Shown: piece after piece, positions 57,523-64,000 of the stretch | Position numbering within the stretch: the stretch's first letter is position 1 | Layout: every line of letters starts with the position of its first letter | Source: a virus | Taxonomy: Duplodnaviria > Caudoviricetes | IMG/VR virus record: IMGVR_UViG_3300042378_000447 | Coordinates: 511 to 64,510 of that record | Strand: one strand, 5' to 3' | Length of the DNA stretch: 64,000 nt | Position numbers and translations under genes: made by a program | Notes under the pieces: model-generated | The model's input: only the letters and a program-made list of their open reading frames with translations | The model's database searches: none | Told to the model about the DNA's origin: nothing

Positions 57523-59940
57523 TTAATTTTGACCTATTACTAATGATACTGTAGCTGACCCAGGATTAGAGAAATGAAGAATCTCTGATCCATAAGTAGG
57601 AGTCAATCCGACACCTTCTAGCCAGATAATTTGCTCAGTTAATAAACTCAAATTCTCACCAATATGTTTGAGGAAAATCAAGATTAAATCTTGAGCAATT
57701 GTAGATCCATTTAAATCATAAGAACTACTGAAGAACTCTCTGTATTCTTGAAAAAATTGCTGTAAATATATTTGCTTGCTTTTGCTAGTAACGAAGCTAC
57801 AAATAATATCTCCTAAAGGTTGTAGTCCAGGCAAAATTACTGCTGTGATCGCGCTACTCAAAAGGTTTCCTTTTAAGCTACTGGTTGGGCTTGATAAAGT
57901 TACGAATATCTTGTCATAAAATAAATCAGTAACATTCCCAGCACTGTCATACAAGTAAACGTTACCATCAGTATCGTTTATTAATGCTGTAGTAGTTGCG
58001 GGTAAAGTTTCAGTTTGAGTAGTCGGCGTGGCTGCGTTCAAATCTCTGATGTTTAATGTTTTGCTGGTACTACTTCCTACATAGATTATTTCAGCAGTAT
58101 CTACAAATGCCAAAGCATCAGGATTTGCCATGGTGTCAAAATTACTGTTTAGTGCATAGTTTCCTCCTGTTTGTACATACCTGTAAACTTTATTGTCCCC
58201 ACTAGCTACGTACAAAGACGTGCGGTTATGAATCATGGCATTAGGTGTACTAACGACCGATAGTGTCTGTACCACTGAATTGTTACTAACGGTAATAACA
58301 GAAATACTATTGCTATTCCGATTAGCACAAAATACCCGTCCATCTCCCACCACTAAATCCATTGGATTTGTACCTACAGTGAGTGAAGTCACAGAAGTAA
58401 TGGCTGTGATGTTACCAATATTCCATACAGTAACTTCGTTATTGCCAGGATGGGAGACATAAAGATTGTTTCCTGATATCACCACATCATGACAGTTGGT
58501 TTTCCCTGTTACCACAGAAGCGACAATCACCCCTGTAGAACCGTTGATGATTAAAATATCGCTGCTATCCGTTTGCGTACCAAAAATTAAATCTTTACTA
58601 GCGTCAAACCAAATATTATTCAGTGATACATTAATTGCTTTAACAGCGGCTTGGTTGGCAATAGAGACAAAGTATAGTTTATCCCCACTGATTAAATAAA
58701 CCAAATTAAAAGGATCATATTCCTCTCTTAAACTAGGTTTAAATCCAAGGCTATCAATATTGCTATTTGTCAGTTTCAATCTTCTGAAAATAATTTCTAT
58801 GGGCACATCAGAAACAGCATTTAAATACTTGGGAAATATCTTGGTATTGTTGGGCTTGTCTATGTAAAGTTCTTTAGTCAAAATAGCAAATGCAAACACT
58901 TCCTTGGAAGGAATTAATGGTAGCGTATTTGATGCTGCACTAAATAATTTTAAAGGTGCATTATCAGCCCCCAGCTTGACGACAGAACAGCCGTAGCGAC
59001 TAAGAACTCCTCCTGTATTTCCTGATGTTTGAATCTCAAAATTGAAAGGTAAAGGAATAGGATTTCTTTCTATAGTTTGCACATATTCACTAGTAGGGAT
59101 ATCTGCAAATAAGATCCATCTATGGCGACCATTCTGATTCTCATCTCGCGCGTAGATATAAAACCTAGCCCCACTGCCGTCAAAACTCCCTAGCTCAATT
59201 CCAAACATCGTTACCAAGGAAAAATCAATATTTAATCCTGATAGTCCTGTGCCATCTAATTTGTCCTTAAATACAGTCCTTCCATAAATATTTTCCTTGA
59301 CAATTCCATCAATTGTAAATCTTTGGAAAATACTGATAATATCGTTTCTGACTTGGATAAACCAGCCAGATTGATAATTAAATAAGCCAGCTCTGAAAGT
59401 TAAGCCATTACCAATAAATGTGGACTCCATCTTGATACCAAAGCTAACAAAAATATTGTTAGCCGCATCACAATCAAATAATTGTTTAGATGTGAGAACC
59501 ACATATTTAGAAGCATCCGTATTGTTGTTGCTAATAATTAATTGGGTAGCATTGTCTTTATATTCTGTATAAGATTCTACCCCGGTGTAAGCAGCGTTTA
59601 ACCCTACACCCAATCCCCAAAGCCTCAGTCCATCAGGAGTATTTTGTTCATTAGTTAGTGACAGTCCAATATCCCATTTAGTTGAGTCCGTCCCGTACCC
59701 ATTAGTATCAGCAAATAACAAAATCCGTTCATCCTGAATCGGAAACCCAAATTGACTTGAAGACACCTCGCTATCAGGAAGATTGGCAGTATTTTTCCTT
59801 CTTCTGATAGGAATAAAATAATCATTAGCAAGAGTAACACTATAATGCCGACTATCGGGGTCAGACAATGCTTGACTTCCTGTATCCTTGGGATCTGTAC
59901 CAAATTCTTCAGGGAAATAAATTTTCTGTAGTTCTTCCAT
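57523..59940 (-). CDS. virion protein with YVTN-type beta-propeller insertion
   Basis: LYVSH..N.VTVW, VGTNP, VFCANRNSNSISVI repeats. Confidence 0.65.
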   Translation of the reverse strand: MEELQKIYFPEEFGTDPKDTGSQALSDPDSRHYSVTLANDYFIPIRRRKNTANLPDSEVSSSQFGFPIQDERILLFADTNGYGTDSTKWDIGLSLTNEQNTPDGLRLWGLGVGLNAAYTGVESYTEYKDNATQLIISNNNTDASKYVVLTSKQLFDCDAANNIFVSFGIKMESTFIGNGLTFRAGLFNYQSGWFIQVRNDIISIFQRFTIDGIVKENIYGRTVFKDKLDGTGLSGLNIDFSLVTMFGIELGSFDGSGARFYIYARDENQNGRHRWILFADIPTSEYVQTIERNPIPLPFNFEIQTSGNTGGVLSRYGCSVVKLGADNAPLKLFSAASNTLPLIPSKEVFAFAILTKELYIDKPNNTKIFPKYLNAVSDVPIEIIFRRLKLTNSNIDSLGFKPSLREEYDPFNLVYLISGDKLYFVSIANQAAVKAINVSLNNIWFDASKDLIFGTQTDSSDILIINGSTGVIVASVVTGKTNCHDVVISGNNLYVSHPGNNEVTVWNIGNITAITSVTSLTVGTNPMDLVVGDGRVFCANRNSNSISVITVSNNSVVQTLSVVSTPNAMIHNRTSLYVASGDNKVYRYVQTGGNYALNSNFDTMANPDALAFVDTAEIIYVGSSTSKTLNIRDLNAATPTTQTETLPATTTALINDTDGNVYLYDSAGNVTDLFYDKIFVTLSSPTSSLKGNLLSSAITAVILPGLQPLGDIICSFVTSKSKQIYLQQFFQEYREFFSSSYDLNGSTIAQDLILIFLKHIGENLSLLTEQIIWLEGVGLTPTYGSEILHFSNPGSATVSLVIGQN

Positions 59941-61862
59941 TATTGAACTCCATAAATTAAAGATACAGATGCGATCGCATTAGTATTAGCAACCAAAGAT
60001 CGGCAAATTATTAATAAAGTGTCGCCAGGTGTATCATCAGTAATAGATGTTTCTCCTCTACCCAGAAGTTCTCGCTGTGGGTCAAAAATTTCTTGAAGAT
60101 CAATATCTACAGATTCATTAGCTCCTACATAAAATGCCCCAATTAATTTCCCAGAGACACCACTGGGATATCCTGAACTGGAGTTTATAGTTCCAGTGAA
60201 AGTTCTGGTGGTTGCCACTACTTTTAAGTTATCTTCAGAAGATTGCCCCAAATACCATGATGTCCCACTTCCTAATGATGTTATCTGAGTAACAGACCCT
60301 TTGACGAAATAAATCTCTGTATTTTGTGTCGAGGACGCTAGCAACTTATAAGGATATACCCGTGAACGCTGTGGCCTTTTAGCAGTTATTGAGCTATTCC
60401 AAATCCAAGGCTTGACCGCTAAAGCTAACATAGGAGTATAGACACCATTAGATACAGTTACCCCCGTAGCACTAGCTGATTCAATTTTAGCGGGACGTGG
60501 ATCACCGCCGTCAATCCATACTGATACTCCAAAGCGACGTAAAAAAGCGTTAACATCAGTGGTTGTATTCCCGGCTCTTTTGCCAATCAAGTAAGTTACG
60601 GGCATATCTGGGCTGGACATTGAAGCCACAGGTAAAGTATCCCCAATTCTGATTTCATGCCCTTTAACCCAGCGTGTACCCCCATTGTATGGAGGGTTTT
60701 GATCCGGCATATAGATTAAGCACCGACCACCTGATCCACCGTACCAACTACGTTGAATCAAAAACATCGCTAAATTAGCTACTTCATTAAAGGAAACTGT
60801 AGCGTTAGTTCCTGCTGCTGTGGTATTAGCACTAATACTTATGTTCCCATTGTTAACAATTGTAATGACTGCTCCTGATGGAATCCCAGTTCCCCTGACA
60901 CTCATGCCCACGGTCAAAATTTGAGTAGTCCCATTGTAAGTATTGCAAGTAATTGTTGTTGAGTTAGAAGCATAAGTACATCCTGTGACTACATAACTAG
61001 TAGTAATTGTTGATACTTGTTTAGCACTAGTTCCTCTTACTTGATCAATACCAGGAATCCCGTCACCGGAAAGTCCAGTGTATTTGTCACAGTTAAACGT
61101 ACTCTGAGTTGGAACTACACTCGTATAAGCTAAGTCTTCCCAGGTATCCAAATCAATATAAGTAGTATTTAATCCATCAGCGTCAACCAAATAACTAGGA
61201 CGATATAACAAACTATCACCTACCAATACGCTTGAATTGGTAGAACTTGACATCCCCGGAACAACATCAACAGTAACTTTTTTAGTAGAAGGAACTGATG
61301 CTGGTATAGCTGACGTTCTTCTGAAAAAATACAAATAATTATCCCAAGGTCGAATATTGGTAGATCCTAAGTCTGAAGTTAAATTTACACCGCGATCTTT
61401 TGTCATCAGCCGCCACCCATACCCATCACGCCGGGTAAATTCTCCCCATTGAACGATAGAGTTACCTATCGCCGGTCCCATAGCCACTTGTACCGCTTGA
61501 GATATGGAGATCTGCTTACCAGGCTGGTATTTAAAAGCAAACTGTGTTTGATGAGTTGAGAAATTTGTAGCCGTTGGCACTGTCAATTCAATACCACCAA
61601 TACTGGGAATGTAATTTACGTTTCCAATGTTAGACCAGACATTCAAATCAATCCCATAAGCAGGGAGTTCTTGTAATAAAAATTGCCTACGCTCAGTGGT
61701 TTCAAAACCAAACATAGACTCTCGGACTTCTGAACGTGAAGTTGTAGCATCAACTACATACAACTCACCTTGATCAGTAGGTAAAGTCACTGAAATACTT
61801 CTATCAGCAGGTTTTCGACCGGGTTCAATGGGAATAGATCTAGAAACAATTACATCAGCCAT
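59940..61862 (-). CDS. virion structural/tail protein
   Basis: FKYQPGK, SWYGG motifs seen in cyanophage structural proteins; GTGIPSG fibre-like insert. Confidence 0.6.
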   Translation of the reverse strand: MADVIVSRSIPIEPGRKPADRSISVTLPTDQGELYVVDATTSRSEVRESMFGFETTERRQFLLQELPAYGIDLNVWSNIGNVNYIPSIGGIELTVPTATNFSTHQTQFAFKYQPGKQISISQAVQVAMGPAIGNSIVQWGEFTRRDGYGWRLMTKDRGVNLTSDLGSTNIRPWDNYLYFFRRTSAIPASVPSTKKVTVDVVPGMSSSTNSSVLVGDSLLYRPSYLVDADGLNTTYIDLDTWEDLAYTSVVPTQSTFNCDKYTGLSGDGIPGIDQVRGTSAKQVSTITTSYVVTGCTYASNSTTITCNTYNGTTQILTVGMSVRGTGIPSGAVITIVNNGNISISANTTAAGTNATVSFNEVANLAMFLIQRSWYGGSGGRCLIYMPDQNPPYNGGTRWVKGHEIRIGDTLPVASMSSPDMPVTYLIGKRAGNTTTDVNAFLRRFGVSVWIDGGDPRPAKIESASATGVTVSNGVYTPMLALAVKPWIWNSSITAKRPQRSRVYPYKLLASSTQNTEIYFVKGSVTQITSLGSGTSWYLGQSSEDNLKVVATTRTFTGTINSSSGYPSGVSGKLIGAFYVGANESVDIDLQEIFDPQRELLGRGETSITDDTPGDTLLIICRSLVANTNAIASVSLIYGVQ

Positions 61863-61890
61863 TATATTTTCTCCTAAGTATTACAAATAA

Positions 61891-62973
61891 CTATAAGTCA
61901 CTCCAATGGTCAGACAAAGAAACTTTGCCTTGTATCAATCTTATCGTATAACCATCAGGCTTTCGACAAATCACGTCGTACCCGTATGTCCCAGACTCTA
62001 AAAATTGAGTATCTGCCGGATCTATTGCCAAATAAAATGAATCAAAAGGCGTGTTTCCATGCCAAGCGATCGCATTCTTGGGGATTGGTGATGTTAGTGC
62101 ATTTACAGGAATAGAAGTTGCACCATGAGCTACAACAGTGGAAGTAATAGCTTTTCCGACATATTGCCAGCCGTCACTGGTTCTAATAGCAAAGTTCAAC
62201 AAAGCCCCTGCTTCAATTCCCATAGACAAAGCTGACACTGTGATAGCAGTAGCACCACTAGCCGCTTCTGCGCTAATAATAATAGTTTGTACTCCTATCC
62301 TGGCTGAAGAGCCACTGTCGATAGCGTTATCCGTTGTACCTACAATTGACCCTTCGCCAACAATTAAATCCTGTGATAGGACAAATGATTTAGCAATAGC
62401 TCCTTCAAGAAATACCAAAGTATTCCCTGCTGGTACAGTAGCAGGTGATGAACTTACAGATCCGGCTGAAATTGAGCTATTATTTGAAAGCGTGATAGCC
62501 CCAAGTGTTGCAATAGGTACAGCAGTGAATGAAGCTGATGATAAAGACCTTAAAAATAAGCGACCTTCGCTGATTGACCGAGTAGCTGCACTAGAGCATA
62601 CTAAAGTAGAGTCCGTAACTGCCAATACTTTTGAAGCATTGATACCAGAACCTTCTAAAGTGATTAAATCTCCAGCACGAATACCACAAGCACTTAAAGC
62701 CTGAAACTTATCGTGAGTGGTGGGATATTGCCTTAATAGGATTGTGTCACTCCCTTGAGTAGCAACACCTGTGAAGCCTTGTAAAAGGTTATATCCAGGT
62801 GATAACTTTCTAATTTCTGCAAATACCAAACAACCACGAAGATCGAGGTTATAGTCTGCAATAGTTACAGAAAACTGGGCGGACTCTCCTTTTTTAAAAT
62901 TCAAATCTAAAACAGCGGTATCAAACTGCGGGGCTAATTGCGGTGTTAGTTGCAAAGTTGAGTCTGTTGTCAT
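61891..62973 (-). CDS. BppU-like baseplate/tail adaptor
   Basis: L.FKKGES..DLRGC..AEIRK N-terminus; YGYDV..RLIQGKV C-terminus. Confidence 0.55.
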   Translation of the reverse strand: MTTDSTLQLTPQLAPQFDTAVLDLNFKKGESAQFSVTIADYNLDLRGCLVFAEIRKLSPGYNLLQGFTGVATQGSDTILLRQYPTTHDKFQALSACGIRAGDLITLEGSGINASKVLAVTDSTLVCSSAATRSISEGRLFLRSLSSASFTAVPIATLGAITLSNNSSISAGSVSSSPATVPAGNTLVFLEGAIAKSFVLSQDLIVGEGSIVGTTDNAIDSGSSARIGVQTIIISAEAASGATAITVSALSMGIEAGALLNFAIRTSDGWQYVGKAITSTVVAHGATSIPVNALTSPIPKNAIAWHGNTPFDSFYLAIDPADTQFLESGTYGYDVICRKPDGYTIRLIQGKVSLSDHWSDL

Positions 62974-64000
62974 AAGAATCTTTCCAATATATTAATAGAA
63001 GATTGACTAGGCTCGTTAATATGTGTGTTGTAATTGATTATCAATTGTTTATTCTCCATCTGTAGCTTATTATTATCTAATTGTAGCTTATTATTGTGTA
63101 ATTGCAACTGTGCATTACTTAAAAATAACTGCTCATTAGCTAATTTTAACTCCTTAACTTCTAAACCCAATTGTTCTTTGCCTAAGCATAATTGGTTGTT
63201 AGCTAGTTTTAACTCCTCAACTTCTAAACTTAATCGTTCTTTGTCTAAGCATAATTGACCATTAGCTAATTTAATATCACTTACTTCTAATTCCAATTGT
63301 TCTTTGCCTAAGCATAATTGGTTGTTAGCTAGTTTTAACTCCTCAACTTCTAAACTTAATCGTTCTTTGTCTAAGCATAATTGACCATTAGCTAATTTAA
63401 TATCACTTACTTCTAATTCCAATTGTTCTTTGCCTAAGCATAATTGGTTGTTAGCTAGTTTTAACTCCTTAACTTCTAAACCCAATTGTTCTTTGTCTAA
63501 GCATAATTGACCATTAGCTAATTTGATATCACTTACTTCTAATTCCAATTGTTCTTTGCCTAAGCATAATTGGTTGTTAGCTAGTTTTAGTTCCTCTATC
63601 TCTAGCCCCAATTGTTCTTTGCCTAAGCATAATTGGTTGTTAGCTAGTTTTAACTCCTCAACTTCTAAACTTAATCGTTCTTTGTCTAAGCATAATTGAC
63701 CATTAGCTAATTTTAACTCCTTAACTTCTAATTCCAATTGTTCTTTGCCTAAGCATAATTGGTTGTTAGCTAGTTTTAACTCCTTAACTTCTAAACCCAA
63801 TTGTTCTTTCTCTAAGCATAATTGACCATTAGCTAATTTGATATCACTTACTTCTAATTCCAATTGTTCTTTGTCTAAGCATAATTGACCATTAGCTAAT
63901 TTGATATCACTTACTTCTAATTCCAATTGTTCTTTGTCTAAGCATAATTGACCATTAGCTAATTTGATATCACTTACTTCTAATTCCAATTGTTCTTTGT
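62970..64000 (-). CDS. coiled-coil protein built of 21-aa (63-bp) tandem repeats, 5' end beyond window
   Basis: LEV(SDI/KEL/EEL)KLAN(G/N)QLCL(D/G)KE(Q/R)L units. Confidence 0.75.
   Translation of the reverse strand, partial: KEQLELEVSDIKLANGQLCLDKEQLELEVSDIKLANGQLCLDKEQLELEVSDIKLANGQLCLEKEQLGLEVKELKLANNQLCLGKEQLELEVKELKLANGQLCLDKERLSLEVEELKLANNQLCLGKEQLGLEIEELKLANNQLCLGKEQLELEVSDIKLANGQLCLDKEQLGLEVKELKLANNQLCLGKEQLELEVSDIKLANGQLCLDKERLSLEVEELKLANNQLCLGKEQLELEVSDIKLANGQLCLDKERLSLEVEELKLANNQLCLGKEQLGLEVKELKLANEQLFLSNAQLQLHNNKLQLDNNKLQMENKQLIINYNTHINEPSQSSINILERFL

Noticed and set aside
54390-63258. Plus-strand ORFs opposite tail genes (54390, 55080, 55591, 56248, 58235, 58496, 62138, 63034) and similar antisense ORFs elsewhere
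   Set aside because: Shadow frames of longer, motif-bearing genes on the other strand.
62970-64000. 63-bp repeat as a CRISPR array or DGR
   Set aside because: No unique spacers, in-frame coding repeat, no reverse transcriptase in the window.

Overview
AT-rich segment of a large, probably temperate cyanophage, prophage or phage-plasmid of a filamentous (Nostocales-like) cyanobacterium. Evidence: dozens of HIP1 GCGATCGC octamers, an nblA gene missed by the ORF track, an XRE/Cro-like switch, an iteron-containing replication initiator plus DnaB, tmk, a beta-clamp-like gene, three orphan methyltransferases, several antirepressor-type genes and tail/virion genes at the right end. The highlight is 8.1-19.9 kb. 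Two intact TnpB-derived compact Cas12-like nucleases (587 aa +, 622 aa -) face each other tail-to-tail. Their two different 37-bp-repeat CRISPR arrays (28 and 11 repeats) are fused through a single 32-nt spacer, and each gene has a candidate omegaRNA/tracrRNA-like scaffold. Next to them is a complete type IV-B-like operon (cas11-like, csf2, csf3, cysH, csf1) bracketed by direct repeats derived from the replication-origin region. No cas1, cas2 or cas6 is visible. Manual translation suggests many array-1 spacers target diverged homologues of this element's own membrane ATPase operon (30-35 kb), pointing to focused competition between related elements. All calls come from motif reading by eye; no database searches were run.
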